Part shown: in pieces, positions 10,012-20,615 of the stretch | Position numbering within the stretch: the first letter of the stretch is position 1 | Layout: every line of letters begins with the position of its first letter | NCBI GenBank assembly: GCA_041082215.1 | Contig: JBDOIF010000148.1 | Coordinates: 1-59,988, forward strand | Direction: 5' to 3' | Length of the DNA stretch: 59,988 nt | DNA from: Anaerolineae bacterium | GTDB lineage: Bacteria; Chloroflexota; Anaerolineae; B4-G1; DUEL01 | Position numbers and translations under genes: made by a program | Notes under the pieces: generated by a model | Seen by the model: the letters and a program-made list of their open reading frames with translations, nothing else | What the model was told of the DNA's origin: nothing | Databases searched by the model: none

Positions 10012-10803
10012 ATGACAGCCGATCCTGTCCTGTTTGAGAAAACCGATGCCATCGCTACCATCACCCTCAACCAGCCCCAGACCCTCAATGCCCTCACCTA
10101 CGAGATGACGCTCCGTCTGCGGGATATTGTTGAAGAGATAGCGGGCGACCCCGAAGTGCGGGCAGTTCTGCTGACCGGCGCAGGCCGGGGGTTCTGCTCG
10201 GGGGCCAACCTGCTTTCCGGCTCCGCCGAGACCCTCGCCGCAGGCGGGATGAGGATGCGGGCGCTGATCCTGACGATGAACGACGTCCTGGCCCGCATCG
10301 TCGAGATGGAAAAGCCCTGGCTGGCGGCGGTCAACGGACCGGCAGTGGGCGGCGGCTGTAGCCTGGCTCTGGCCTGCGACCTGGTGCTGATCGCCGAGTC
10401 GGCCTACCTGTGCCTGGGCTACGTCAACCTCGGCCTGGTGCTGGATATGGGCAGCACCTTCCTGCTACCCCGGCTGGTCGGTCTGCGCAAAGCGGCCGAA
10501 CTGGCCTTTTTCGGCGAGCGGATCTACGGATCAGAGGCCGCCGAACTGGGCCTGGTCAACCGGGCTGTGCCAGACGACGCGCTGATGGATACCGCCCGGG
10601 AGTGGGCTGCACGCCTGGCCGCCGGACCCACGGTCGCGCTCGGGGCGATCAAGCTGGGGATGCACCGGGCCCTCCACGCCTCCTTCCGCGACGCCCTTCA
10701 CTGGGAGGCTATGATGCTCTCCCTCGTCGCCCAGACCGGAGACGCCGCCGAAGGGCTGATGGCCTTCTTCCAGAAACGGAAGCCGGACTTCAAGGGACAG
10801 TGA
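10012..10803 (+). CDS. Enoyl-CoA hydratase/isomerase
   Basis: Motifs FCSGANL, AVNGPAVGGG and AFFQKRKPDFKG. True start is ATG 10012, after AAGGAG. Confidence 0.9.
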   Translation: MTADPVLFEKTDAIATITLNQPQTLNALTYEMTLRLRDIVEEIAGDPEVRAVLLTGAGRGFCSGANLLSGSAETLAAGGMRMRALILTMNDVLARIVEMEKPWLAAVNGPAVGGGCSLALACDLVLIAESAYLCLGYVNLGLVLDMGSTFLLPRLVGLRKAAELAFFGERIYGSEAAELGLVNRAVPDDALMDTAREWAARLAAGPTVALGAIKLGMHRALHASFRDALHWEAMMLSLVAQTGDAAEGLMAFFQKRKPDFKGQ

Positions 10804-10826
10804 AGACGCGGAGACGCAATGGTGTG

Positions 10827-12023
10827 ATGCAAACGAATATGGACACACAAACGTCCCGTCCCCTGGACGGCCTGCGCGTGCTGGACCTCTCCCGTCTACT
10901 CCCCGGCCCCTACTGCTCCCTCATCCTGGCCGACTTCGGGGCGGAGGTGATCCGGATCGAGCCGCCCGACGGAGGGGACTGGCTCCGACATGTGCCGCCG
11001 CTGGAGGAAGGGGTGAGCGTCCTCTTCCGCGCCCTCAACCGGGGCAAGAAGAGCCTCGCCCTGAACCTCAAAGCCCCGGAGGGAAGAGCGGTTTTCCTGC
11101 GGCTGGTGGAGACGGCCGACGTGCTTCTGGAGGGGTTCCGCCCCGATGTGATGGAACGGCTGGGCCTGGGGTATGAGCGGCTGGCCCGGGCCAACCCCCG
11201 ACTGATCTACTGCGCCCTTACCGGCTACGGCCCCGAAGGCCCGTATCGGGACCGGGCCGGGCATGATCTGAACTACATTGGCCTGGCCGGCCTTCTCGAC
11301 CTGACGGGGCCACGCGACGGGCCGCCGGTCATCCCCGGCACCCAGATCGCGGACCTGACCGGTGCGCTCTGGGCGGCGATCGGCATCCTGCTGGCCGTGG
11401 TGGCGCGGCAGCGAACCGGTCGGGGGCAGCGGGTGGATGCCTCCTTCCTGGGAGCGGCGCTGGCCTGCCTGCCGCTGCCGGTCGCCCGACAGCGGGGCGG
11501 CCTGCCGATGGCCCGGGGCGGAAGCGACCTGACCGGCGGCGTGGTCTGCTATCAGGTCTATGAAACCGCCGACGGTGGCTACCTGACGCTGGCGGCGCTG
11601 GAGCCTCAATTCTGGGCCGCCTTCTGCCAGGCAGTGGGCCGGGAGGAGCTGATCGGCGAGCAGTACGCGCCCGCCGTCCCCGGCCAGCCCACCTACGAGG
11701 CTCTGCGCGCCCTCTTCCGGAGCCGCACCCGCCAGGAGTGGGCGGGGATGCTGGCGGAGACGGATGCCTGCTGTGAGCCGGTGTACACGCTGGCGGAGGC
11801 GCTGGCCTCCCCGCCTGTGGAAGCGCTGGAGATGCTCACCGACATCGGGCTGCTTCCCCCCGTCCGTCTCTCGGCCGGGCCGTCTCCCGCCCCTGTCCCT
11901 GCCCCCGCCCTTGGGCAACACACCCTTCCACTGCTGACCGGGTTGGGGTACACTCCCGCCGAGATCGCGGCACTGCGGGAAAAGGGGGTCATCGCCCTGC
12001 CAGCCACGCCACCATCAGTGTGA
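10827..12023 (+). CDS. CaiB/BaiF class III CoA-transferase (alpha-methylacyl-CoA racemase-like)
   Basis: Motifs LDGLRVLDLSRLLPGP, LNRGKKS, GHDLNY and PALGQHT. Confidence 0.9.
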   Translation: MQTNMDTQTSRPLDGLRVLDLSRLLPGPYCSLILADFGAEVIRIEPPDGGDWLRHVPPLEEGVSVLFRALNRGKKSLALNLKAPEGRAVFLRLVETADVLLEGFRPDVMERLGLGYERLARANPRLIYCALTGYGPEGPYRDRAGHDLNYIGLAGLLDLTGPRDGPPVIPGTQIADLTGALWAAIGILLAVVARQRTGRGQRVDASFLGAALACLPLPVARQRGGLPMARGGSDLTGGVVCYQVYETADGGYLTLAALEPQFWAAFCQAVGREELIGEQYAPAVPGQPTYEALRALFRSRTRQEWAGMLAETDACCEPVYTLAEALASPPVEALEMLTDIGLLPPVRLSAGPSPAPVPAPALGQHTLPLLTGLGYTPAEIAALREKGVIALPATPPSV

Positions 12024-15000
12024 GGACCTCCCCGCTGGATGCCAGCCGGTCCGGTTCGATCCGATCGGCGGTGTCGGTGGGCAGGTAGAAGTCCCGCTCC
12101 GCCTCATCCCAGATGAGCTTGACAGTGGGGATGGACTGGCCGCTGAAGGCCGTATGCCACCCCTCGCCGGTGCTCCCTCGCCGCCAGACGCGCCGATCCA
12201 GCAGCGCCGCACCCGCCTCCAGCCGCTGGATCAGGGGCAGGTCGTGTTCCCGGGTGCCGTAGAAGAGCAGCTTGTACCCCCGGCCGCCCCCCACCCCATC
12301 CAGCGCCACCACCCCTACCGTCCGCGTGAGAGGGAGGGCAGGATGAGCCAGGTAATGGGCTACCCCCACGCTCCCCACCTCCTCCGCTCCCCAGGCGGCG
12401 AAGACCACGGTGCGGGCCGGCCGATACCCCGCCTCCCGCCAGACCCGCGCCATCTCCAGAAGCGCCGCCACACCGGAGCCGTTGTGGTTTGCGCCAGGGA
12501 AGAGCACCCCGTCCGGCGAACGGCCGATGTGATCGTAGTGGGCCCCCACGATGAGCACCTCATCCGCAAGCCCCGGGTCGCTCCCCGGCCACACGCCCAG
12601 CACGTTGGCAGTGAGCGTGGTGGTGAGAGGGGTGCGCGGCAACGACAGCCGCACCCGCACCCCCAGCGGCAGCGCCGGCGGCGATGCGGCCAGGTCGCTG
12701 TACTCCACCCCCACGTGGGCCAGCAGCCGTTCAAACCCCTCTTTGCCCAGCACAAAGACGGGGATGGGCGCATCCCCTTCCAGGCCGGGCCGGAGAGGGG
12801 TGAGAGCCAGGGCTGAGGATTCCTCCTCTGTAACGACGATCAGCCCCCCTGCCCCCCGCTCGGCCAGCTCCGTTGCCCGGGCCGGAGGATCATCCACACC
12901 CTGTTCCAGGACCACAGCTCCCCCGAACCGCAGCCCCTCCAGGTCGCGCCCGCGCACCCAAACCAGCTCTCCCTCCACTTCTCCCGCCCCGCTCCGCTCC
13001 ACGAAATCCCGCCGATACTCGAGCGCGAGCGCCACCTGTCCCTCACCGTCCAGCAGCGCGAAGGCGGGGATAGTGAGCATCTGGGTGTGGGAGATGGGGA
13101 ACCACTGGAAATACCCCCGCTTGCCTTCTGCCAGCAGGTCGCCCAGCGGCTCAAGTCCCGCCGCCGCAAACTGCTCGGCGATGTAGGCCGCTGCCCGGTC
13201 CGCCCCCTCTGTCCCTGCCTCCCGCCCCCCCCAGTCGGGGCCGGAGAGCAGGGCGATATCATCCAGCGCCCGGCCAGCGTCGAACCGCTGCGCCACCCCG
13301 ACCAGCTCTTCCGGCACTCCGCTATTCAGTGCGTACTCCCGCCACCCTTCCTGAAAAGCCGCCGGGTCCACCCCCAGCGCTCGCTCCAGCGCTGTGGCCA
13401 GGTCACCGGCGCCCACCGCCCGCTCGATCAGCCGCCGCAGCCCCGCCTGCCCATACCGCTCGGCCACATAAGCGACCACCGACCAGGACTGAGCATAGGC
13501 CAGCTCGACCTGCCCATCGGGCAGTTCTTCAAAAGAGGGGAGCGAATCGAGCGGCAATTCCTGATGGCGGCGAACGGCATCCTGGACCACCGGCATATAG
13601 CGGGCCGCTGTCCAGTGCTCCCCCATCGGCGTCACCTGCCCCCCCTCGTAGGCTGCCACACCCTCCTGCAGCCAGTGATCCTCCAGCCCCCGCGCGAAGA
13701 GCACCTGATGGGCCAGCTCGTGGGCCAGGGTCTGCAGGATCGCCCGGTCGCTCTCCCCCCGCAGCCATAGTTTGATGGACTCCCCCGGCTCGGTCCACCC
13801 GGTGACCCAGCCCGGCAGGGAGAGGGAGATGGAGGTCCGGAAAAGCTCGCCGTCCCCATAGAGCTTGATCTCCTGCGGAAGCGGAGGAGTTGCCCCCAGG
13901 TCGGCTGTCACCCGCCTGTAGGCCGTTTCCGCCAGCTCCAGGACGTGGCGCGCCCACGCCTCGTCGCCGCCCTGATACTTCAGCAGAAAGTGGTCGCTCC
14001 GAAGCTGCCGCCAGGCCACACCTGCGTACCGCCATCCCCCCTCCTCCCGCACGAAGCGGGCGTCGTAAGTCAACCGGCTGGACTGTCCGCCGGAGATGGC
14101 CGAGCTTACAGTCAGCGCCACCGTCGCCTCCCCTCCGCCGGGCGACCAGCCCACCAGCTCCCCGGCAAGGGTGTAGGAAAGGACGGGGTGATCGGTCAGG
14201 TCGGCAAACCAGTTCCCCTCCTCGATGCGCAGGACCGGGTCGGCTGAGGTGACGGTCCCCAGGAATCCCGTCCCATCGCCCGAAAGGACCGCTCCAGCGC
14301 GGGCGTCGAGGACCGCTTTGATGGCCGCTGCGTCCGCCCGCAACGGCTCCAGCCAATCGGCTCGCCAGTCGGCCTCGAACCGGGCAGGAGAGACCCCCAG
14401 CCCTTCCTGGAAGGCGGCTTCGGCGTTGCCCGTCTCCTTCCAGGCGGCGCACAGCGCCCGCAGCCCCGCCGTGCCGTGGCGCTCCAGCAGGTACCCGGCA
14501 AGCCCCCAGGCAGCAGCCTGCCAGCTCTCATCCTCCGGCGACGCCGGGGCGGAGAGCCATTGCAGTTCGGAGGAGGTGACCACCTCGGCGGCGGCAAGGG
14601 CCGGCAGGAGGTCCCGCGCTGCGTCGGGCCGGTAGCGGAGCGCCAGCCCCTCTCGCAGCCAGGGGGCCGCTTCGGACGGGAGGCCCATCTGGCTCAGGAG
14701 GAGGCTCGCCAGGGCTGGGGTGACCGGCTCCCCCCAGGCGATCTCAACCCGCCTCGCCGAGGGGACCAGCCAGCGGCTCTCCCTCCCGACGGCCGGCCGG
14801 GCGATGGCCCGCATCGCGGCAGAGCTGGGATAGAAGATGACGCGCACACCGGGAGCTGGCTCCACCCCCAGGTCCGCAGCGAGGGCCAGGTAGGCCGCCT
14901 GGGTGGTGGAAAGCAGCTCACCAGCCCCCACCGGCACATCCGGGAAGCGGGCCACGGTGACGAGGTCGCCGGAGAGGGTGTCCAGCTCGTAGTCGGCCAG

Positions 15001-16857
15001 GACCCACACCCCATTCCGTTTCACGAAACGGACATCGTAGGAGACCGAAGGCTCCCGCCGGGTCGCATCGGCCCAGCGGTAGGCCACCGTGAGGCCCACC
15101 CTCGCCTCCCCCTCCCCGACCCGAATCCGCTCCGGCTCCATCACCAGTTCGGTCAACTCCCGCGACCAGAGGTTATCGAACCAGCCAGCCTGGGCGGCCC
15201 GGAGATCGGCGTCGGCGGGGTCCACCCCGGCCAGGAACGCCCCCCGGTCCCCCGTAGCGACGGCAGCCCACAGCCGCTCCACTGCCCGCTCCACCTGGAC
15301 GTGCCCGTCGGCCAGCGCGGCCAGGGTGTGGGCAGCGATGACGCCGGAGGCCTGTAGCTTCTCCACCGCGATGGCCTCCGCTGCATCGTCCGGCGTGTGA
15401 TAGACCTCATCGGGCCACCAGATGGGCATCGCTGCCGGGACCCCGGCCTGGATAAAGGTGGCGTGGTCGCTGCGGCCGATGGACGAATGGGTGGCGGTGA
15501 TGCCGAAAACGGAGGCGCTGGCCAGCAACTGAGCCGCCACCGGCTCCTCGCCATCCACCATCAACGCCTCGCCGCCGCCGACCATATCCAGATTGAGCAC
15601 GGCGACGGTCTGGCTAAGGGGAAGGACAGGGTTCTCTACATAATATTCGGAGCCAAGCAGCCCCTGCTCCTCCCCGTCCCAGGCGGCGAAGAGGACGGTG
15701 CGGGCCGGGCGGAACCCGGCTTCGTGCCAGAGCCGGGCGATCTCCAGCATCGTCGCCACACCGGATGCGTTGTCGTTGGCCCCGCGCATCACCTCGCCAT
15801 CCGGCTCCTGGCCCAGGTGGTCGTAGTGGGCGCCGACGATGACCACCTCGTCGCTCCGCTCCGGGTCGGCCCCCGGCAGCAGCGCCAGCACGTTGCGGGC
15901 CTCCACCGCCTCTAGCTCCTCCAGCCGGACCTCCATCCGCACGGTTACCGAGAGGGGGGTGGCGGTGAAGCGCAGGCTGAGATCGTCCAGCGTGTAATCG
16001 GTCCCCACCAGCAGGTCCTCCGCTACCCGTTCGGAGATCAGGTAGGCGGGGATCGTCTCCGGCACCCAGGCGGTCTCCCGGTAGCCGCCCCGCCGGAAGA
16101 TCGGCCCCTCCCGCTCCCGGTCGAGCAGGAGCAGCCCTCCCACCCGGTGCTCGACCGCTTCCCGATAGACCTGAAAGTCGCCGGTGTACCGGCAGAGGAC
16201 GATCCTCCCTACCAGGTCCTGCCCGAGGAAGGCATCGTGGTCGCACCGGTTGAGCCAGACCACCCGCCCTTCCCCGGCCCCTGCGCCGACGTAGCCGCCG
16301 GTGAGGGCGCGGTAGTCGGTGCGGTAGCCGTAGGTATGGGTGAGGACCTCCCCGGTGGGGAGGACCACCTCAAGGGTCGGCAGTTCGACGATCCGGCCGT
16401 AGGGAAGGGTGAAGGTCTGGAAGTAGGTGCTGTTCAGGCCGGCTGGCTCCAGGCCGTATTCGGCGAAGCGGGCGGCGATGTAGTCACCTGCGGCCCGGCC
16501 GCCGGGGGTGCCCGGCTGTCGCCCGCCGCGGGCGTCGGCGGCCAGATAGGCGATATGCTCTAAGGCCTGCTCGACGTCAAACCCACGGGCCAGCGCCGCA
16601 TGGTCGTCGGCAGGGATCAGCCCCTCCGGGACGACCGGGGCTGGCGCGGGTGTTGCCGTCGGCCGCGCCCCCCCGGGGACGATGGTGCCCGCTGAGGGGA
16701 GCTGGAACCGGGGGGAAGCCGTCACCTCCGCTGCCGTTCCCGGCCCGCTGGGCCGCAACAGTATCCCCAGGTAAACGAGGATGGCAGCCTGCAGGAGGGC
16801 CAGGACGATTATCAACGGGATGAGCACACGGCGGTTTACAGCAGGTGGTTTACGCAT
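11989..16857 (-). CDS. Giant membrane-anchored multi-domain metallopeptidase: PA-M28, NTF2-like, MA-like, NTF2-like, MA, PA-M28
   Basis: N-terminal TM helix. First M28 set AHYDH, GANDNASG, GEEQG, NLDM, YHTPDD. Gluzincin HELAH...EG. A second, degenerate M28 set at the C-terminus. Confidence 0.85.
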   Translation of the reverse strand: MRKPPAVNRRVLIPLIIVLALLQAAILVYLGILLRPSGPGTAAEVTASPRFQLPSAGTIVPGGARPTATPAPAPVVPEGLIPADDHAALARGFDVEQALEHIAYLAADARGGRQPGTPGGRAAGDYIAARFAEYGLEPAGLNSTYFQTFTLPYGRIVELPTLEVVLPTGEVLTHTYGYRTDYRALTGGYVGAGAGEGRVVWLNRCDHDAFLGQDLVGRIVLCRYTGDFQVYREAVEHRVGGLLLLDREREGPIFRRGGYRETAWVPETIPAYLISERVAEDLLVGTDYTLDDLSLRFTATPLSVTVRMEVRLEELEAVEARNVLALLPGADPERSDEVVIVGAHYDHLGQEPDGEVMRGANDNASGVATMLEIARLWHEAGFRPARTVLFAAWDGEEQGLLGSEYYVENPVLPLSQTVAVLNLDMVGGGEALMVDGEEPVAAQLLASASVFGITATHSSIGRSDHATFIQAGVPAAMPIWWPDEVYHTPDDAAEAIAVEKLQASGVIAAHTLAALADGHVQVERAVERLWAAVATGDRGAFLAGVDPADADLRAAQAGWFDNLWSRELTELVMEPERIRVGEGEARVGLTVAYRWADATRREPSVSYDVRFVKRNGVWVLADYELDTLSGDLVTVARFPDVPVGAGELLSTTQAAYLALAADLGVEPAPGVRVIFYPSSAAMRAIARPAVGRESRWLVPSARRVEIAWGEPVTPALASLLLSQMGLPSEAAPWLREGLALRYRPDAARDLLPALAAAEVVTSSELQWLSAPASPEDESWQAAAWGLAGYLLERHGTAGLRALCAAWKETGNAEAAFQEGLGVSPARFEADWRADWLEPLRADAAAIKAVLDARAGAVLSGDGTGFLGTVTSADPVLRIEEGNWFADLTDHPVLSYTLAGELVGWSPGGGEATVALTVSSAISGGQSSRLTYDARFVREEGGWRYAGVAWRQLRSDHFLLKYQGGDEAWARHVLELAETAYRRVTADLGATPPLPQEIKLYGDGELFRTSISLSLPGWVTGWTEPGESIKLWLRGESDRAILQTLAHELAHQVLFARGLEDHWLQEGVAAYEGGQVTPMGEHWTAARYMPVVQDAVRRHQELPLDSLPSFEELPDGQVELAYAQSWSVVAYVAERYGQAGLRRLIERAVGAGDLATALERALGVDPAAFQEGWREYALNSGVPEELVGVAQRFDAGRALDDIALLSGPDWGGREAGTEGADRAAAYIAEQFAAAGLEPLGDLLAEGKRGYFQWFPISHTQMLTIPAFALLDGEGQVALALEYRRDFVERSGAGEVEGELVWVRGRDLEGLRFGGAVVLEQGVDDPPARATELAERGAGGLIVVTEEESSALALTPLRPGLEGDAPIPVFVLGKEGFERLLAHVGVEYSDLAASPPALPLGVRVRLSLPRTPLTTTLTANVLGVWPGSDPGLADEVLIVGAHYDHIGRSPDGVLFPGANHNGSGVAALLEMARVWREAGYRPARTVVFAAWGAEEVGSVGVAHYLAHPALPLTRTVGVVALDGVGGGRGYKLLFYGTREHDLPLIQRLEAGAALLDRRVWRRGSTGEGWHTAFSGQSIPTVKLIWDEAERDFYLPTDTADRIEPDRLASSGEVLTLMVAWLAGR

Positions 16858-16858
16858 T

Positions 16859-18007
16859 TCACCGTCCCCACACCCCCAGCCCCTCAAACCCCTCCTCAAA
16901 TGTCAGTTGCTCCAACTGCCCGGAGGCCGGGTCGTACACCCAGAGATCGGCATAAGGAAGGTCGCTATTGGGCCTGCGACGCATCGGCCCCATCGTGAAG
17001 AGGAGCAGGGACGAACGGGAGGCCGCCCCCACGCCCTCAGGCGACCAGTTGGGCCAGACCAGCCAGTAATCCCCCTCCATATAGCTGCCCGGCTCCACCG
17101 CATCCATCTGCCCCGACTCAAGGTCCAGGATGAACAGCGCCTGTCCGTATTCCCGCACTACCTGAAAGGAGGCGGCGAGGGCGATGTGCTGGCCGTCGGG
17201 CGACCAGACGACCTCCTCCGGGTTCCCGGTCATCTGCGCCACTTCCTCCATCTCTCCCTCCCCGCGGACGATGAAGAGGACACAGGCGGAGCCGGTCGCC
17301 ACGGCCACCGCCACCGCTTCCCCGTCCGGCGACCAGGCGGCAGCGCTGGCCCGGCCCCACACCTCCCGCATCTCCCCCCCTTCGACGGGGAGCCGATAGA
17401 CGCCGGACTCTTTCCCGATGGGGGCCGCGACCAGCAGCAACTCGTCGCCAGCGGGCGACCACTTCATCTCGTCCACGACAAACCCGCCGATCTCCAGGCT
17501 CTCCTCCACCCCGCCTCCGTCGGCACGGGCGATGTGGACCGTCGTCGTCAGGGTGCTGCCCTCAGGGGGAGAGGCCTGGGAGACAAAGGCCAGGCGCGTG
17601 CCGTCGGGCGACCAGGCAGCAGGAAGCCCGGCGACAGAGGTGATCCCTTCGCTCACCCGGACCCGCTCCGTACTGTCTGCCGCCGCCACCACGACAACAG
17701 CATCCTCATCCTCCGACCTCCAGGTGATGTAGGCCAGGCGCGTGCCGTCGGGCGACCAGGAGGGGAAGAAAGCCCTCCACCCCTCTTCCGAGACCTGATG
17801 GGGGTTAGAGCCATCCCCCTCCATCACATAGACCGCCGGCTCCCCCTCCTGATCCGACACATAAGCGATTGGCGGCCGGCCCCCCTCCGCCCCGGTCTCC
17901 ACTCCCGCCCCCCGCCGCTCCAAGGTCAGGGCCAATGCCAGCCCTCCGGTCACCACCACCGACACGGCCAGCGACACCGCAATCCCCACCAGCAACCGGT
18001 CCCTCAT
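16859..18007 (-). CDS. TolB-like/PD40 beta-propeller protein with N-terminal TM anchor
   Basis: Repeated WSPDG units after a hydrophobic N-terminus. Confidence 0.88.
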   Translation of the reverse strand: MRDRLLVGIAVSLAVSVVVTGGLALALTLERRGAGVETGAEGGRPPIAYVSDQEGEPAVYVMEGDGSNPHQVSEEGWRAFFPSWSPDGTRLAYITWRSEDEDAVVVVAAADSTERVRVSEGITSVAGLPAAWSPDGTRLAFVSQASPPEGSTLTTTVHIARADGGGVEESLEIGGFVVDEMKWSPAGDELLLVAAPIGKESGVYRLPVEGGEMREVWGRASAAAWSPDGEAVAVAVATGSACVLFIVRGEGEMEEVAQMTGNPEEVVWSPDGQHIALAASFQVVREYGQALFILDLESGQMDAVEPGSYMEGDYWLVWPNWSPEGVGAASRSSLLLFTMGPMRRRPNSDLPYADLWVYDPASGQLEQLTFEEGFEGLGVWGR

Positions 18008-18081
18008 GACGTTTCACACCCCCAGGTCACGCAACACACAATACAAAATACGGAACACGCAACAGGTGTTACCGTGTTCCG

Positions 18082-20538
18082 TCAGTATCTCGGCTCGTGC
18101 GCCGCCGTGATCAGGGTGAGGTTGATCACCTGCGCCGCCTGGCTGAGATGGTCCAGGTCAATGTTCTCCAACCCGTCTGCCGCCAGCGCGGGGACCGGGT
18201 CCCCCCAGGTGACCAGGAGCGTACCATACCGTCCTTTCAGAAGCCCCTGGTAGGGCCAGCGGACCCTTCCCCCCTGTGCTACGGGCACATCCAGCCGGTT
18301 GGCGCTGGCCGCCAGCAGGTTGAACAGGTTGGACTGGCCGGATACCGGCAGCACCACCAGCCCTCTCCCCTGATGACCTCCCAGCCGGTCCAGGTGGAGC
18401 ACGGCGGAGAGCCGGTACGACCCCAGGATGCCAGGCCGATCCTGGAAGGCGTGGGCCCCCGAGTACTGGAGCGGCCCCCCGGCCCAGACGGCAAAGAGGA
18501 CGCTGCGCCTTGGCTGGAAGGACTGCTCCTGCCACAGCCGGGCGATCTCCAGCATCACCGCCACGCCGGAGCCGTTTTCGTTGGCGCCGGGGTAGAGGGT
18601 ACCGTCGGGACCTATGCCCGGCCCGTCGTAGTGAGCGGAGACCACCACCAGCTCGTCGGCCAGGGTCGCGTCCGCCCCATCCAGGAGGCCCATCACGTTG
18701 TAGAGGATGACGGTCTCCGGAGGGGCAAACGATGCCCGCATTCGCACCCGCGCCTCCAGCTCCCGCGCCATCCAGGCCGGGCCATCGTCCCCCAGTGCTT
18801 CGATCTCCTCCTGGAGGGCGCCGAAATCCAGCCCGTCCCCCTCCAGAATGGCGCTGGCCGTCTCCAGGCCGATGCGGAAGACCGGAAGCTCTGGCTGCTC
18901 CAGGTCTCCTTCAGAAAGAATCTGGTTGCGCGGGGCAGCGTCGGTGGAGACGACCAGCACCCCCGCCGCCCCCCGGATCATCGCCTCGGTGTCGAAGTCG
19001 AAGGGAGCGTTGCCCGCCACCACCATCGCCACCCTTCCCCTGAGGTCCAGCCCCCTAAAGCGGGCGTAGCTTTCCGGCGATGGGCGGCGGGTGGCCTCGC
19101 CTGGCCGGAAGAGCACCAGCGTCACCGGGGCCTCCACCTCTCCGCCTCCCCCGTGCCGCTCGACCGACTCGCCGTAGTCGGTCAGGCGGGTGAAGGTACG
19201 CAGCGTCCGCCCGTTCTCATCCACCAGCGTCAGCTCCGGCGGCTCCGCCGGATTGACCAGAGTGACCTCTACGTCCTCGATCCAGGTGGTGAGCCCGTAG
19301 GCCGTCAGCTCGGAAAGGATGTAGTCCGCCGCCTGCCGCGCCTTCTCCGTGCCCACCCCCCGCCCCTCCAGGTCGGGGGCGGTGAGCTGCTCGATGTGGT
19401 GCATCAACCCCGCTTCGTCCACCTGCCGGGCCAGGTGCCGGTAGGAGGGGGCAGGCCCCAGGGTGAGGATCACATAAACGCTGGCAGCGGTGACCAGGCC
19501 AGCCGCCACCAGGACCCGCCAGCTCAGCAACAGGGCAGTGTTGAAGACCCCCCGCTCGATCAGCCGCCGCAGCCCCTCTCCCAGCAGGTTGAAACCGGTA
19601 ACGGAGATAAAGAAGGCCAGCGCGGGGTAGAGGACCATCCAGGGGCGGGAGCGGGCCCAGGCGCGGGAGCCGGCCATCATCGCGCCCCATTCGGGGACGG
19701 TGAAGTACTGACGGCGGGCGAAGTCATCCACCTGGATAGAGATGCCACCGCCGATATAGACCCCCACAAAGCCCAGCTCCCCCAGGATCATCAACACCGC
19801 TCCCATCTCCAGAAGGGTGATGACGATGAGGGCCGGCAGCACATTGGGCAGGATGTGGCGGATCGCCAGCTCCGGCCCGGTCAACCCGATGGCCCGCCCG
19901 CTGTCGAGGAACGGCTCTTTCTTGATGCGGATGAACTCCGCCCGGACGTACTGGGCGATCTCTCCCCAACCTATGGCACAAAGGGCAATGATGAAGACCG
20001 GAAGCCCCCGCCGGATGTCCAGGGCGAAGATGAGGATCACCGCCACCAGGAGCATCGGCAACGAGGCCAGGACCTGCACCGTGCCGGTCACAATCTGGTC
20101 CACCAGCCGACCCTCGCTCCACCCGGCCACCCCTCCGAGGAGCAGCCCCAGTCCGAGCCGGGCCATCGTGATAAAGGCGGCCGCCACCAGGGTATTGCGG
20201 GTGCCGTAGAGGAGCATGCTCAGCGTGTCGCGGCCCAGCTCGTCGGTGCCCAGCGGGTGTTCGGGGGAGGGGGGGAAGGGGGGGCGATAGAAGGTGCCGT
20301 CCCGATATTCCAGAACCCGCCGGCCGTGGAGGTAGGGGTTCTCCGGGGCCAGCGCCGGTCCGAAGAGCACCCCCACAAACAGCGCCAGCACGATCAGCCC
20401 GCCCATCAGCAGCGGGATGTTGAAGAGCACGTGCCGGGGCCGGATGTGCCGGGCGGGAAGCTCATCCGCCGGCACGGTCCGCCCCAGCCGGGAGAGATCG
20501 GCGCGGGGGTTAAGGAGATAAGAGAGAATCCTCCTCAC
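18082..20538 (-). CDS. OppC/DppC-like ABC permease fused to an extracytoplasmic PA + degenerate M28 domain
   Basis: HPLGTDELGRD, EAA-like PFLDSGRAIG...RHILPN and PEWG, followed by SAHYDG and GANENGSG. Start is uncertain (GTG 20538 or ATG 20595). Confidence 0.85.
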   Translation of the reverse strand: MRRILSYLLNPRADLSRLGRTVPADELPARHIRPRHVLFNIPLLMGGLIVLALFVGVLFGPALAPENPYLHGRRVLEYRDGTFYRPPFPPSPEHPLGTDELGRDTLSMLLYGTRNTLVAAAFITMARLGLGLLLGGVAGWSEGRLVDQIVTGTVQVLASLPMLLVAVILIFALDIRRGLPVFIIALCAIGWGEIAQYVRAEFIRIKKEPFLDSGRAIGLTGPELAIRHILPNVLPALIVITLLEMGAVLMILGELGFVGVYIGGGISIQVDDFARRQYFTVPEWGAMMAGSRAWARSRPWMVLYPALAFFISVTGFNLLGEGLRRLIERGVFNTALLLSWRVLVAAGLVTAASVYVILTLGPAPSYRHLARQVDEAGLMHHIEQLTAPDLEGRGVGTEKARQAADYILSELTAYGLTTWIEDVEVTLVNPAEPPELTLVDENGRTLRTFTRLTDYGESVERHGGGGEVEAPVTLVLFRPGEATRRPSPESYARFRGLDLRGRVAMVVAGNAPFDFDTEAMIRGAAGVLVVSTDAAPRNQILSEGDLEQPELPVFRIGLETASAILEGDGLDFGALQEEIEALGDDGPAWMARELEARVRMRASFAPPETVILYNVMGLLDGADATLADELVVVSAHYDGPGIGPDGTLYPGANENGSGVAVMLEIARLWQEQSFQPRRSVLFAVWAGGPLQYSGAHAFQDRPGILGSYRLSAVLHLDRLGGHQGRGLVVLPVSGQSNLFNLLAASANRLDVPVAQGGRVRWPYQGLLKGRYGTLLVTWGDPVPALAADGLENIDLDHLSQAAQVINLTLITAAHEPRY

Positions 20539-20615
20539 AAACCGCCTCGCTCCAGCAGGTCTACAGTTGAAATCGCAGGGCGCATCTTCATACATACCAT
20601 CCGGGGGTCCTTTGG

